Origin: the human T2T-CHM13v2.0 reference genome, Homo sapiens
Reading direction: 5' to 3' (one strand)
Length of the DNA stretch: 64,000 nt
Assembly (NCBI RefSeq): GCF_009914755.1
Contig: NC_060926.1
Position 1 is the stretch's first letter, and each line of letters opens with the position of its first letter. Below are positions 37,601 to 52,539 of the stretch, one piece after another. The notes beneath the pieces were generated by a model. The model saw only the letters and a program-made list of their open reading frames with translations. It did no database searches and had not been told where the DNA came from. The position numbers and the translations under genes were made by a program.

Positions 37601-40600
37601 TTAAAACATGGAAAATCTTTAGAACTTTTTTCTTAAAAAGAATAGACCCTTGTTCAAACAAAATACTTTTAATTAAAAATTGAGTTTATTTTTATGTAAA
37701 AATTGTTGCCATTATAAAGCATTCTTTCATATTAAATTATAAATTATCCATGATATGATTTTTTCCTTTAAACAAGAAATGTATACATTATCATTCATTG
37801 CTTTTCCTTGACATTTATGTATTTTAAACAATAACCATTGGGGTTTTCACCTTCTTTGTACTTTTTATCTTAAAGTTAGCATTATTTAAATTAATTTAGG
37901 TATTTTCCATCAAATTATTGGCCCTAAAACCTTTAGTGCTATTTTTATATTCAGTATATATTTACATTTTAATTATATTTGAAGGTATTTAATTTTTGTA
38001 TTCATTTGAGGAATGAAATATAACAATATATTTTTCATTATTTTATCATATTTATGAATGACTGGGTTGCACTGGTGCAAATTATTATCATTCTGATACA
38101 TTATATAAGGCTGTATCTTCCAAAGTAAGCTTTAAAATGTGCTCAGAATTGTTCATTGCAGAAAGGAACCTTGGGAGAGTGCTGGGAAACAATAAAAGGT
38201 CAAGTTTAATGCCTTCAAGAACTTGTGGTGATGCTGTTGCTAGCAAGAACATACTGCTTTATTAGTTGCATAGCTTTATTAGTAGGTGCAGTTTACTACC
38301 ACTCAGTATAGTTTCCAGCCTTTCAAGTGAAGGAGAGCTGGCTTAATTAATTATGGCATTTCTAATCTCACTTAATTTGTTATTTTAGTGAAGCCTTCAA
38401 CAAGCCCTACTGGTTTTTCCCCCAGGTGACAGTAAATATTACAGAAATAATACACTTTACAAAATGGGTATTGAAGTGCACCTCTTTGGAAAGCCATATA
38501 GTGCAGACATATTTATATGACAGGAGCATTCTAAATGGGATCTCATGTGGCCTCTTTATTTTCCATGAAGATGCACATAGAATATGAAAGGGAGTAAACA
38601 TGTGGCTTATGTGGGAGCAATTACAAAGGTCTCTTTGTATTTCCTAAGTCCAAAGGCATCCATTCACACCTAGTTCTGCATGGTTTCAGTTGCTTCTCTG
38701 TCAATTTTTTTCCCAGTGCATATGATTTGAAAACTGTAGTTACTGTGACAGTATTTTGGTTATTAGATATTTTTGTTATGGTTTTAAAGTAATTAATCCC
38801 TTGCTACTTTATACATTTCATGACAGTGGTGGAGGAAATGGGGGGAAACCTTTGGAGGCACTCCTGAAAGAATGGAGAGAGAAATTAATCTCCAGTCAAC
38901 ATAGGGTCTAATGCAGTTATAAGAGAAGCAAAGATTTAGGGCCAGCCCCCTGCTCCACCACCTCTGTCAATTCACCACTGGATGATGAAGCCCACAGGGG
39001 TGGGTGTGACTCATCTGCATATCCAGCCCCTAATAAATCAAATTGTGCAATTCAGGGAATATGGCAATTGAAAACCAGATGCTTAGACCACTAAGCCATC
39101 CCTTCTGGCACATCGTAAAGCATGGTGTTGTAAATACAGCAGATAATTGAAATTTAGATTTCAGATATAGGCACTGTTAGCAGCCCTCCTCTAGCTTTCA
39201 TTGCTGAGAGTCTTCCAAGTGTGTTTAACAGTTCATATTAAGGCAATTGCTGTCAAAATTAATTAAGCATTTTTATTTTTTCATATTTTTTAATCTCTTC
39301 TTTGATGAGGAGAGTATTCATAATACAAACAAAAGACAGGCGTCTGAACTTAAAAGTACATCCAAACTGAATATGGAAAATATTCTATAGTTTGGGAAAT
39401 AAAGTTGTGAACTCCCCATTTGGTTTCTTTCAAGTTTTTGCTTTAAACAAAACACAGGTTTTTTAAGAAAAAACCTTGCTACTCCATTGATTAAAACTGT
39501 CATCCTTCTTTGTCCATCATATAATGTACTTTCCATAAATTAGCTGCTTCACTTCTTTTTATACCAATCAAATTACAGTGGTCCTTAGGCTTAAGTGGGT
39601 CACAGGACTTGGCTTCTTATAACCCTCAAAGCCCCTTAGCTTTTTATAAAAGCCATCAAGCATGCCATTTGATCTGTACATTTTCTCTTTTTTTTTCTTG
39701 CTGTCTTCAATATTATGGACAAAATTTGGAATATTTTAGTAGGTTGTCTACATTTTATAAAACCTGTTTTTGTAATGAGACTGTTACAAATGAGAGTAAT
39801 GAATGCAATAAAGTTAAGAATTTGTTGAAATGATATTACCTTATTCAAAAGTAGATAGAGTAAAAGTAAAAAGTCTATGAAGAGTGGTGGTTTGAATTGG
39901 GCAATCAACCTGGGATGAATGTCACCATTTCATCCGTGTTAGTATTAGGCATTTCAAATGGCAAAATTATATCACCAATAATATTCTTTCAAAAAGGAAA
40001 AACAGCTCTACCGGCTTGAAGTGACCCTGACCATCATAGCTATTCAGACAGAATGGGTGTTTTATCATTCCATGTGAATATCGTGTGTTGATCGGAAGTC
40101 ATACCAAAAAAAATACTTAAAGTGCATCTTCTAATGTGACAGTGTAATCATAAGGACATCAGAGTTAAGCCAATTATTCTAGTTCACAGCAGTTTTAAAT
40201 TGAAAGCTATTTTTGTGCAATGGCATCTAGATGAATGTGATTCTCAGAGACAGGTAAATAGTGTCAGGCTCTAAAGATTTTGCAACTGTGATCCAAATGA
40301 TGACTGAGTTCCCGCAGTGAGGCCATAACTCATGGGCACTCACCAGTCTTTCCAGTACTGAGAAGTCATCATTAGCACCCTAATGGAAACTGAGGATCAT
40401 GATAGAAACGTACTCAGTGATGCATTTGACAGCTGTACAGAGTAACTTCCTTTAGAGGGAAGGATTAAAATTTGACAGAGTTTGAGCATAAATAAGGAAA
40501 TAAATTAAGATAAGACTAGATCTAGATGCATGAGCACATTGAGGATTGAATTATTCAATCCAAGTGGACAGAAAGAAAATAAATAGATTGTTATATTTCT

Positions 40601-40984
40601 TTTTTAAAATAATAGGGTAAAATGTGATAAGCTGGGCTTGGGGGGATGACTGAGTTGCTTTGAAAAATAATGGGAAAGAAAACCAAGCAGTTTTGCTCTG
40701 TTTTAAACCATTTGGACCATAGCCACAGAATTCAGAGGAAGAGAAAACTATGTTAAGTAAAAATCAACCCTCAACTTTCACTATGTTCGGGCAAAACTCT
40801 GGGAACAGTGAGACAAATTCATGTCACATTAATGAAGAGAGTTACTGACTTACACTGTCCCCTTTCTATTCCTTTGTATGTCTTTCTGCCTCCTGGTCTC
40901 AACCTCTTTGTGTCAATAATAGAGATTTATGGGAATGACTGCCAATCATAATGCAAAGTATATAGAATGGTGCAACACTTATGA

Positions 40985-41290
<306 letters not shown>

Positions 41291-41321
41291 TGCAGTGAGG
41301 CCATAACTCATGGGCACTCTC

Positions 41322-41620
41322 TTTTTTTTTTCTTTCTTTCTTTTTTTCTTTTTTTCTTTTTTTGTTTGTTTGTTTGGAGATGAAGTCTCGCTCTTGTCCC
41401 CTAGGCTGGAGTGCGATGGCATGATCTTGGCTCACTGCGACCTCCGCCTCCAGAGTTCAAGCGATTCTCCTGCCTCAGCCTCCTGAGTAGCTGGGATTAC
41501 AGGCACCTGCCATCATGCCAGGCTAATTTTTGTATTTTTAGTACAGACAGGGTTTCACCATGTTGGCCAGGCTGGTCTTGAACTCCTGACCTCAGGTGAT
41601 CCACCCACCTTGGCCTCCCC
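41322..41620 (-). mobile_element. AluSq-group element, 5'-truncated by about 35 bp, with (TTTC)/(TTTG) tail
   Basis: GAAGTCTCGCTCTTGTCCCC...GACCTCAGGTGATCC...GGCCTCCCC; TSD ACTCTCTTTTT on both sides. Confidence 0.95.
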
Positions 41621-43989
41621 GACTCTCTTTTTCTGCAAGCGCTTAATCCTTGGGCTTACTCATAAAATATGTGCCACCTTGATAGGGACATACCTGACCA
41701 TCTGACTGAGGAGGGCAAAGTAGGAGGTCAGCAAACAAATTTCATGCCCTGGCTCCTTTCACTGTCCATGGCACTTCAGCCTAGTGCTGTACACCAACTA
41801 CCAAACAACCAGTCATTTCTCTGTTTTTCCTTTCTGGTGAGATGGCAAATCTGAGTCCAAAATCTCATTGATTCTCCATTTCCTGAAGTCAAGGGTAGGA
41901 CTGAGTCAATTATTTTGTTCAACATTTTTGTATCCAGTGGATGTCCTAACCATTACTGTTTCTGTATGCATGTACTTCAGTCTTTAAGAAAGAATGAAAA
42001 CCAGGTTTTTTTCTTTATTGTCATATCTGTAATTTGCTCCTTTCTCAGAGGAAGGTCATCCACAGAAAATTAACCAATATGTTTGATTCTATAGAACTAT
42101 CATTTTTGCGTCCAGTTGCCATTCCTTCTGAAGAGCTGTTAAATGCAGTGATTTTAATCTGCTTTGATTGCCTCACAAGTGAAGAGGTGATTTGCTGTAT
42201 TTTGTAGAGGTGCATCAACGGAGTACCCTCAGCTACAGAATTATTTCCCTTGTAACAAGAAGAGAAGAGCAAGGTTTACATCACCACTGTGCTTAAAAAC
42301 TCTTATCTGTCAGGAAGCATGTGCTTTTCTGTGCAACCCTGGGAGTTCATTAAAAGTGTGAGGTTGCCTCACTGATTAGATATGGCGGAGTGATTGGGCA
42401 TAGTGCTGTGGGAGAAACCTTAATGTAACTGGAGTGAAATGAAAATCTCTGTTTTGTTCATACCAAGGGAAGGTTTGATTAAAAAGATTTCCTCTTTTTC
42501 ATTTGGGACACTGTTTTGTTGTGTCATGTGGCATTGAGTAAGTGATCTGTTACAGGTTTGAAACATAACTGCTTCATGTATGTTTTTAACCATTCCTTGC
42601 TATTATTCTCATAACATATTAAAAGTACAGTTCAGGAAAGATCCAAATATTTACAACAGTTTCTCTGGGGTTTGTTATTTCTGCATGCACTTGTGAAAAG
42701 GAGTGCTGGCCCACATTCCTCTGCTAGGGAGTATGGTGCTGCAGTCAGCTTCACAATCAGATGGCAGGTTGGGTAAGTTGGTTTACTCACTCAGTCAGTT
42801 AATATGAGTATCCACTATAAACTAAGCCAATAAAACTCAGGCAGACAACCGGAGGTGTTTTTACATGGCTTTCTTTCTTCCAACTTTGTAAGCTAGAAGC
42901 CAGGTCAGTCTTCATGAGGATTTACTGAGTGTAGATACTGTGCTCTTGGAGCCTCTTGGGAGTGGAAGTGGAGAGAGACGGGCAGTGATGCACATGCTAT
43001 GGGAAAAGATTGGCCCATTAGTGTGGGGAAGTTCTTTATGAAGCTGGTTTGTAGCTCTTAGGCAAAAGCAATCAGAATGTGTAAACAGTCGGCCAATTTC
43101 ATCCTCTACCAGTTTTCATTGCATAGGATTTTGGCCCCAAACAATTGCTCAACTAACTACCCATTTGGTGAGTCTGAATGGGATTCAAGGATTAATCCAG
43201 AGATGATATTTGGATTAAATCATCACTGTCTAATAGAAGCAGTTATAAATATGTAAATTAAGCAATCTGATTATAGTACACCTTGGCTGCTTCTAGTTAT
43301 TCTAGTAATTGTCTATGCAGGGTTAGCGGAAGAGATTTAAGCATTAGAGGCTGAAGTTTTTCAACCCCAAAGTAGCCAACAAATGGAATAGAAGTTAAGA
43401 ACATAAGACCTTTAGTACTTATGGATTCAACATTTGAAATCATATACACATACTACATGTAAGCCAAAGGCCCAGAGCTTGTAATAATTCATAATTTTGC
43501 CGTGGCACAAACTGCATCATTTACACTGGGAGGTTTGTATGTGGAGTGATGTATTTTCAAAGAGGCTCCAGAAAAGATCGCAGCATTGGCGACCTCTCAC
43601 TTTTCTGCACCTTCTCGGGGAAATAGATGAGGAGGGTGGCCATTAGAATATCCTCCCCACATTCACTCAGGCTTGTTGTTGTTGTTTCTAGCAACCACCA
43701 CCTCTCCTATTTAGATATGGTCCCACAGAGCTATCACTATTTAAGGATGTGTCTGCGAAAACATTTATCATCATCTCAGTGCTACAAGTCTCTTACAATT
43801 CTGTCAAAGATATGGGCTTGGATTAGCAGCTACATATCAGTTCTTATCTTACACTTGGAATGGGGGTGAGGTTAGAGAAAGAATAGCAGTGTGTTTGGGA
43901 TCTTGCTGGTGCTCAGTTGAGTTGAATTATAGAACATGCAAAGGGGAACAGTAGACGGGCCATTCATTAGTATCTTCTCTCCAGCTTCT

Positions 43990-44115
43990 GTGCTCCTTAC
44001 TCCCCAGAATGGACTCTTCAGAGCAAAAAGTGTATACATTTTTTCATCTCTGTATCTCCAGTGCTTAGCACTGGAGCAAAGGGGACCCTCAATAAGGACT
44101 TGTGAACTGAATGAT
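43990..44115 (+). mobile_element. L2 3'-end fragment
   Basis: TTCATCTCTGTATCTCCAGTGCTTAGCAC...CTCAATAA...TGAACTGAATGA. Confidence 0.7.
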
Positions 44116-45489
44116 TCCTGTTTTGCTATGGGTTTGCTAGCCCTGTTATTTCTCATTTGATGATATAGTTTTGTTGAATAATGAGCGTTACCCAAAAACC
44201 TTTCCCTTGAATTCCCGTGTTCAATTTTGCTTTTGATTACAGAGTTCCTAAAGCAGAAGGCTACTAGAGGGAGAAGGTACTGAGTGAGGTCAAGGTGTAA
44301 GATGCCTGTGGACATGGATGTCACCCAGGGTGATACTAAAAGATAAGGCATGAGAGAGGGAGAAAATATTAATTAAAATGATGGAGCAAGAGGAAGTGCT
44401 GAAGGACCAACTTGGAGACTCTCAGGTGTGGACAATGAAAAGGGAATAGTAAAGCAGCATGGGGCAGCTTCCAGAGGAGGAAACAGGAAATTCTTATCTA
44501 GAAACAGCTCCAGGATGAGAGTGGGCAGCATGAAGAAAATGATCATGTCTCACTTCATAGGGTTGCCAAGGAAGTGGTTTCTTTGGGGAAAGTTTATTGT
44601 CATTTACATCAAGGTAGCAGAGACAATACTTAAGGAAGTTCTTGAGCTTATGAAAGAGTTTCAGGGCATCCTAGGAACAGAGGAGGAGAAGGGTTTGGAG
44701 GTACTTGGGAGGTGATGCACCAATGAAGGCTAAGGAAATGCCGAAAGAAGAAAGAGCAATGGAAGAGGACAGTTGCCCCAAGAGTTGTTTCTACCTTGAC
44801 CCACGGTTAAGTCTAAAGAAAAGAGATAGCTGGAAGAGGAGAGGAATATCGAGCAAGAGGTTCAAAACAGATTTTCTGAGATGGTGGGCCTTGCTTGCAG
44901 TCTTGCCTCAAGTGTAAGGTCCCCATACTGATCAACAATCTCTAGTCTGTAGGTTCAGGATCTGGAGGTTTCAGCATGGAAGTTTCCTTTCTCAGCTGGT
45001 GAGAATGTGATTAACTCAAGCTTCCAGCGATTGTGGAACTTAGTTGATTTTAAATATTGGTTTAAATGTATTTTATAAATAATGAAAGTCATTTTAAATT
45101 ACATTATAATAAATAAAATATAGGTGCATATGTAAAGAAACATAACCAGCCAGGTACAAATCAGTGCATTCTCTTTTACTTCAATTATTTCAATCCATAA
45201 ATAAAGATTAGCTTTCAATTGCACTTTAAATTCTCTTGCCAGAGATGCCTCTGGCAATGGTTCCAGCTGGCTGGCAACTTCGAATGCAGAGACAGTATCA
45301 TATTGTCATATTCATCTTTGAATCCCCCCAGAGTCCAGCACAATACTCTGCACATGGAGTCTAGCATAATACTCCAGACGTCATAAATATATATTCTATT
45401 GAAAGTTAACTAAGACCCTTTAAGGAAAAGGAACAGATTTGTTTACCCAGTAAACCCCTTGCAAGTAGAGTATCTGTTGTATTTCAGTC

Positions 45490-45890
45490 CTGTGCTAAGT
45501 GACAGGGATACCAAGATGGATGAGACTCATTCCCCACCTCAAAGCTCTCAGAACCAAGCAAGGCAGACAGACCTGTAAAGAAATCTTCACCTACCCCGAG
45601 ATCAATGAATGCCATGACAGAGCTTGCACATGGCATGAAAGTGGCACTGAAGAGGGAGATTGAGTCCATGCAGAGTGTTCAGGGAAAAAGTGGCTCATAC
45701 TGAGTTGGGTGTGAAGGTATAGATGGCTGGATATTTGCCAGGCAAGCAATGGTATTCTAGAAAACTGGTGTATCTAGGTATGTGTTGAGCATCTCCCCTT
45801 TGCCAGGCACTGTTCTAAGCTTTGGGAATATATTTGTGAACACAACAGATAAAAACCACTGCCTGCCTACTTGGAGCTTACATTTTAGCT
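45490..45890 (-). mobile_element. Two adjacent L2 3' fragments
   Basis: TGTGCTAAG...AGGGATACCAAGATG...CCCCACCTCAAAG and TTGAGCATCT...TGCCAGGCACTGTTCTAAG...GGAGCTTACATTTTAG. Confidence 0.72.
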
Positions 45891-48800
45891 ATTGATAACC
45901 AATAGATTATTTTAATGGGACAGTGCATCCCTCTACCTCTCAAGCACTGTAAAGTTTTAAGTTTAAAACATTTGTATTTAAATAGAAATGCATGGTGGTT
46001 TCCTTGTGTGATCAGAATATATTCTGGTCTGGCTATAGCTACTTTTGCAGAGTCTCTCCTAACTCTTTGTTGTGTTTCTACCCTTGCTCAAAAAACAAAC
46101 AAACCTTTTGCTGACTGCTGCCCATGACTACAGCTGCTCTCAGCAGTTCAGACCTCTGCACCTCATTTCAAGCTGTGTTTCCACATGCTATAAGAACCCA
46201 CGATGGTGTAGCCGGCTCTGGATCACCCTACTTCTCTCCATACAGTTGTCTTTGACTCTTCCGCTGTTCCTCCTTCTTCACATAAGTCATGGTAAGGATT
46301 GCTTCAAGTGCCTCTTAGGTTGTCTGAAGAAAACCCTTCCCCAAATTGTTTATTTTCAGTAGGTCTTATAAGCTGTGAAATTGTTTTTTGAAACTAGAGG
46401 CTTCCAATAAAGATGTCACAAAGTGAAATGCAAGAATGACAAAGTGAATGGCGAAATGATTGTGTAGGAAGATATATGAAGGTCATAGGAGAGCAACAGA
46501 TGCACATGGCAAAGTCAGGAAGGTTTGAGTCTGGGTGAGAAGAGGGTGAAATGCTTATAGACGATAGGCAATAAAAAAGACCTTTTCAAGAAGTCCTTGA
46601 ACTTGCCTTATTCATGAACTAAGATGGCTTGTCAATGCGGTTCTCTATCTAATAGTTATAAAAAAATTCTTTAACACAGTTTTGGCTTCCTAAATTTTGA
46701 GATTTTTTTTTTCTAAATGTACTACCAAACTAAGCACACATACGAATAAGTGTGCTTTTCTTTTCTTTCTTACCCTGTTCATGACACAGCTATGGAATTG
46801 GTCTGTGGATTAAAAATTTTCTGCAGCACATTTTCATCCTGAAGATTTTCGTCATGAAGACCAGCAGGGAAGTATGCTTGTGTTGGCATGCGTGAAATGC
46901 CTGTGCAAAAATAAACAATTGCTTTAATAGTGTGACCTTTTATCTCTACTCTCTCTGATCCAAACCTGGCTTTTGTATAGCTTTGCATCAGTGTATATGG
47001 GATATTTACTAGAGCCAAATTTGATTGAGATGTATTTCAGCCAGCAAAATGAAAGTGGTTAAGGTAGAAATGCTTGGTAATTGCTGAATTATCCCAACTT
47101 CCTTAAGTTTTTTCTATTTACCAGCTTTAGGTGATGATTTGGAGTTACAAATGAAGCCCTAGTACCATATAAATGTCCATTTTGACAGACCTGGATTCTA
47201 AATATTTGAGAAGATGGTATAGTTTAAATAGATTAAATGAAAGAAGGATGTTTATAATACCTTTGATCATACATTTTATGATTTAGCATGATCTGAAGCA
47301 GACCTTGTGGAAATTGCTGTTTTTCAATATCTTCACCCTTTCAATAATAAACAACATTATCTTTGTGTATCGAAGCACTGGGCTTAAGCAGTTTTAATAT
47401 ATTTAATGATATAGGAAAACTAGGGGAAAATTAGCTATAACTGAATGTGGGAAAGAATCCAATTATAAATAGAAATTATGATTATAAACATGTTTATATC
47501 AGTCTTGTATTTGAAAAAATTGTTTTCCACTCTTTTCAGCACTTTTGAAATGTGTTATTTGAATATGAGAAAGAAACAGTGAACAATAAAGGAGGGGTTG
47601 CAGAATTACTTTGTTGAACTTCTAAACTTCTATGGCTCTGAAGATTTTAAAGCAGCCTTTACTTGAACATATTTGTGTAGGGAGAAGTGCACCCACTGGT
47701 GTTAGCCTTATGTTGAAAGATTAGCAGAGCAGATGAAATGTTGATCTTGCCATCAGTAGTTATTTTCATTTCTGATACCTCGATGAGATGGATGAATGTG
47801 TTTGGTCCACTCAAATCTCACAAATGAAACAGAATTCCCTCTCTACCCACCATCACCTCTGCCTTTTTTAAAAGCTCACAGCTGTCTTTTGACACCTGGT
47901 ATCAGCTTAAGTCAACTTTTACACATTTCTACCAAAAATAAGCGATAAAACCAAACACAAACAAAAAAACTCCAGCAGGTAAAGGGTATAATTTTAAAGA
48001 ACTTTATTATAAAAATTTCACTGGTCTTTTAAAATCTCAATCAGAATACTGAGAAATCTTAACAATGAACTCTAACTGTGCTGATTATTAGCAATGAGAA
48101 GAAAAGAAAATATCCAAGAAAAGATCATAGGAAAATAAAAAAGAAATAGGGGTATAGAGAGAAGGTTTTGGTTTTATTTCAGGTATGCTTCATGCCATAG
48201 ATTTATTCCTCAAAAGTTGTATAGAAATTAGTATGTTAAGAAAGTATAAAAGTGTTATCTATTCTGAGAGTGCTTCTCAAGGGAAGCTCTCCAAGAAAAC
48301 ATTTGGTCAAATGAATACCTCTTAATTGATCTGTTGGGGAATTTTTATATGTATGTTTATTCAGTTGGAGTTTGCCTGCCTTAGTATTTGGTGCATTATG
48401 ACATTTTATGCTTGGAATGGACCTTAAAAATCTTCTTATCCCCAATATAAAGAAAATAGAAGTGAGGGCCAGGAGGTGATGTGTCTGGTCACCAGACAAA
48501 GCAATGATGAACTTATATTAGAATCTGTGTCTCTTTTGTGTTAGACCAGAATTCAGTTACTGTATCTTGATCTTCACTCATTTTAAATTTATTTTTATTA
48601 AACCTATGAAAATCATTCAGCATCTCTTGCAGACACACCAGATGAAGAGAAGGTGTGGCCAACCCTGATTATATTGATTATCAATGGGATTTAGCCTCTG
48701 TAGCACATAATCCACAACTGCATAATCTCTGTGAAAACAGTCCATTGAAAGTTGTAGACTTTTAGTGCATTTTACAAAGTTCAGAACTGTTTACACTGAG

Positions 48801-49499
48801 TGCAGTTTTATCCCATATGCATTCAGGTAATTTATCCACATGGCTTAGTGTGTGTTTGTGAATGTGCATGAGCACCCTGTGTGCATGCTCTCCATAAGCC
48901 AAGGATTTGAGCCAGTCATTTAATGTTAATGATTTTACCTGCTCCCAGGATTAGCAAGGGACTAGTTAGTAGAATATTTATGATCTAATCGTATTCCAAA
49001 AAAGGTTTTTTTTATTTTAAAGATGCAATTATTAGAGCATAATCTCTAGAATAATGAAAAACTTGATAGTCTTTCGTATAAATAATTTCTCTGTTTGTTT
49101 CATAATATGGTATCTTTTCCTTACCCTGTTTGCCTGAAATCAACAACCAAGAGACATTACAAGGTAAATACAGTTAATGTGCTTGCTTTCAAAACTAAGT
49201 CTTAGGAAACGGGGGTCCCAAGAAATTTTGGTTCTTTCTTTGACCTTCAGTTTCTTCTTCGACAAGATAGTCATCTTTTTGTCTTGCATATGTTCAGGTA
49301 TGAAATTGGAATAGGAGTGCCAAGAAATCCACTAGATTGTTGTGGATATACATCTAGTTATATGTGAAATAGTTTGAGATCTTTGAAAGAAAGGTAAAGT
49401 ATAATGAAGACATTATTATAGGTTTTTGTTGCTGTCATTAAAAAAGAATCCATAACATAAGTAATAAGGTCAACATTCCTTAAGTCAGCAAGTATTTAT

Positions 49500-49635
49500 T
49501 GTGGTGCACAGAAAGAACACTGAACTGAGTATCAAGAATCCTAGATTCTGGCTTTGTCACTAACACAACATGTAAAAGGAGACCAGTCATTTCAGCTTTC
49601 TGCGTCTGAGTTTCCTTAGCTATAAAATGGGTGAA
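49500..49635 (+). mobile_element. MIR fragment
   Basis: GAAAGAACACTGAACT...GGCTTTGTCACTAAC...AGTTTCCTTAGCTATAAAATGGG. Confidence 0.7.
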
Positions 49636-49727
49636 CTGGCTTCACTCATCAACACCATCCTTCCCGGCTTAGTTAATAATTTTTAGGATTTTTCCTGAGT
49701 CTCAGATCTGTACTAGCTACTTTAAGG

Positions 49728-49905
49728 CAGTGGTTTTTGAAGTGTGGCTCCTGGACAAGCAGCATCAGAAACTTGTAGAAGCTCGGGACTCACCCTAGAC
49801 CTACTGCAGTAGAACTTCAAGCATTGAGTGCGGGGCCCAGCAATCTAGGTTGTCACAACACTCCAGGTAATTCTTCTGATCCACGTTAAAGTTTGAGAAC
49901 CACTG
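49728..49905 (+). mobile_element. MER5A hAT-Charlie MITE
   Basis: CAGTGGTTTTTGAAGTGTGG...AGCAGCATCAG...AGACCTACTG...GGGGCCCAGCAATCT...AAAGTTTGAGAACCACTG. Confidence 0.88.
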
Positions 49906-52539
49906 TTAGGCATAGAAATGAATAAAACACAGTTCTTCTTAAGCAGCTTTTAATTTAGCACTTTTATATCTCTAATTGTCATGCCAATTTCTGGCTATGT
50001 AGGTGTAAAATCTAGTGGCGTGTGTGTGTGTGTGTGTGTAGTAAATTATAGGCATATTAATTGCTAAGACTGAAACATTTAGGGATGGTATCTTTGAAGT
50101 CAACTGAGAGATTTCCAATGGCAAGGCATTTCCAAAGGCATAAAAAATATATATGAAGTTTGAAAATAACAGTGTTTAACAATCAAATTGCATGTTAATT
50201 TCATGTGTGCTTATCAAATACAGTTTGTTTTACTTTAGCACAGATATTTTTGTTCTGAAAAGTAAAAACAAATATTCTGGAATTATGCCCAGAATTTTAA
50301 TTTTAAAATTTACATTATGATTATGTATGAGCACCAGGCACATAACCTGATGTTCAGATCCTCTCTGTATAATGTTTCTATTACTCTCATTCTAACATTC
50401 ATGTGTATTTTCAAAAGAAACTTGCAGTTGACTTTTCAGAATGCAAATCTTGTTTTTAAATGCACCTGAGTTTTTAAAACATAATTCAGCTGCAGTTAAA
50501 TTTTATGGGCAAGTGGTTTCCAATGTAGCTAAAATTCATTGAGGGGGAAAAATCATGGCCATATATGATCACCTGTAAATCAGAGGGAGCTACTTATTGA
50601 TAGACAGGACCGCTATTTCAGTTCTCATCTGAGAGATGAAAAACCGAGCAATAAAACTACTTTTAATTTCATTTTGTAGCGACACTAGACCAGGGAAATT
50701 CCATGAGAACTTGGGAATGCGATGAGCATTCTCTTCCAAAAAAAAGTATCAATAGTGTTAAGTTTCTTTGGACATGTATAACCTAGTGATGCTTCATAAT
50801 GAATACACGTTCTTGTATGAAATCAGTGACTGGTACTAACTGTGAAATATGAAATGATAGCCTGGTACTGATACCTTAATCACCCCTGGAGAGACCGTTG
50901 CCCCTCTTGGTGCCTGGCCCCTTTCATCCAGCCTGTGAGCACTTGCAGTTGTTAGCGCTAGTGCTAACCAAATGTAAACACCTTTACTTTCCAGCTGTTG
51001 CTAATTGGTTTGGGACTAATTATAGAAGTGTTGATTTTAAAGCTAAAAATAGTGCGGTGATGTTTAAATCCAACTCATTTTGGCTGTCAGAAATGCTCCC
51101 TTGATCCTGAAAGTGTTGCTAAAAACGTTCGCTTTAAAAAAAATTGTAGTAATTAAACTTGTCTGTTGTGAGAGCTACATATGATCTGTCTGTTCCCTGC
51201 TCTGATGAAAGTGGTAAAGGGCAAACATCTTAAAGGTGTCTGACCAGTTGGCAGGACACAATCTCCTGCTGAACTTTATTTTAGACAGCAAAGCCTTGTC
51301 ATTTGACCAAAAGAGGAGATAAAATTTTGAAATAGCTCTATACCTTGTATTTCATACAGCTCATTATATCCTTCTATGTTAACATTAAAAATAGAAGCTG
51401 TAAGAATTATATTAATAAAATTAATTATAGAGCGTCCAAAACCATTATGTTTTCTAGAGGCAAGTTTGAGGATTTGAAATCACATAATTAATATTGTTCA
51501 AACATAAAGCTGAAGAAATATGGTAGCTGTTTGGCATCAGTTGTTTATACCTCTGATTCTTCATAATCAGGGTTATTTTTCTACCTTTCCTTCCAAATTT
51601 AAAAGTCATCTTACAGATTTTTCTCAAAGTCATTTAAATAAGCAATGAGGAAAACTATATTTTCATTTTTAGACATGTGCAATTTCATGACTCTTCATTT
51701 TACCATGTAATTTAGTGAAGGAAAAGCTTAAGTATTCTTAACTTATCATTTGTCAGTTATTTTGTAATTTTTGGAAAAAATGATTTTATGTACCCTGTTA
51801 AGAGGTAAACTGCCTTGTCGATAAGTATCAAAGCACTGCACAGCTACAGTGTTGCTGAAGTCAATTTGAAATTGGCTTTATGTCCTTATAGGATGCCCTA
51901 AGCATCTGTCTGCCTGCCCCATCTTCAGAGAATATCAAAGAATTTTGTTAGTGCAATATATGGAAATGATCTTGGCAAGTGATAAACACTGCTCATTAGT
52001 TGAGATGATAAACTATAGTTACTACCCTTTTTTGATAGCTTCGGCAAGGGAAAGTGTTTTTGATATTATCTTAATAATAATAGGAGATATAAGTCTGTGA
52101 ATGTGTATTCTTTTTAAAGTCTGTAGTCATTGACATGATTTCTCCAAATGTGTAGTCAGTTCAGAATTACCCTTGAGCAGATTATGACATTGTATTTGGC
52201 CCAATATTACTTTCAAATTGTAATTGATATTTCCATATACTCAGAGAATTAAGTAACTTGTTGATATGAATAGAATCTTTACTTGCTATCTAACTGGAAC
52301 TAGATGAAAAATTCATTTTTTAATCTTGCGTAATGTTGATTTGAGCCAGAAAGTATGTTATTTTTCTACCTTGTTAGGGATCAACAACAAAGTTCCATTT
52401 AGAGTATGGTGCAGAGGCAACAATAATGATATAAAACTTTATAGCAAATATCAGTTTTTTTCTTTGACACTCTGAGGATACATCCCATACAGAATTATAA
52501 AACTAAAAAGAATATTTATTTTAATTAACTGTCACTGTT

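Noticed and set aside
38995-39015. AP-1 (TGACTCA) next to a KLF-like GT box; other TGA(C/G)TCA sites elsewhere
   Set aside because: Short motifs expected several times by chance in 64 kb; no chromatin evidence available.
43580-43602. Partial CTCF-like motif (minus strand GAGAGGTCGCCA)
   Set aside because: The 5' half of the core does not fit.
43627-44917. Cluster of 70-159 aa ORFs
   Set aside because: No recognisable protein, partly overlapping an L2 end, and no coherent splice structure.
50677-50697. TAGCGACACTAGACCAGGGAA resembling the tRNA-Glu 5' end
   Set aside because: Short gapped match without TSD, unlike the copy at 57053.
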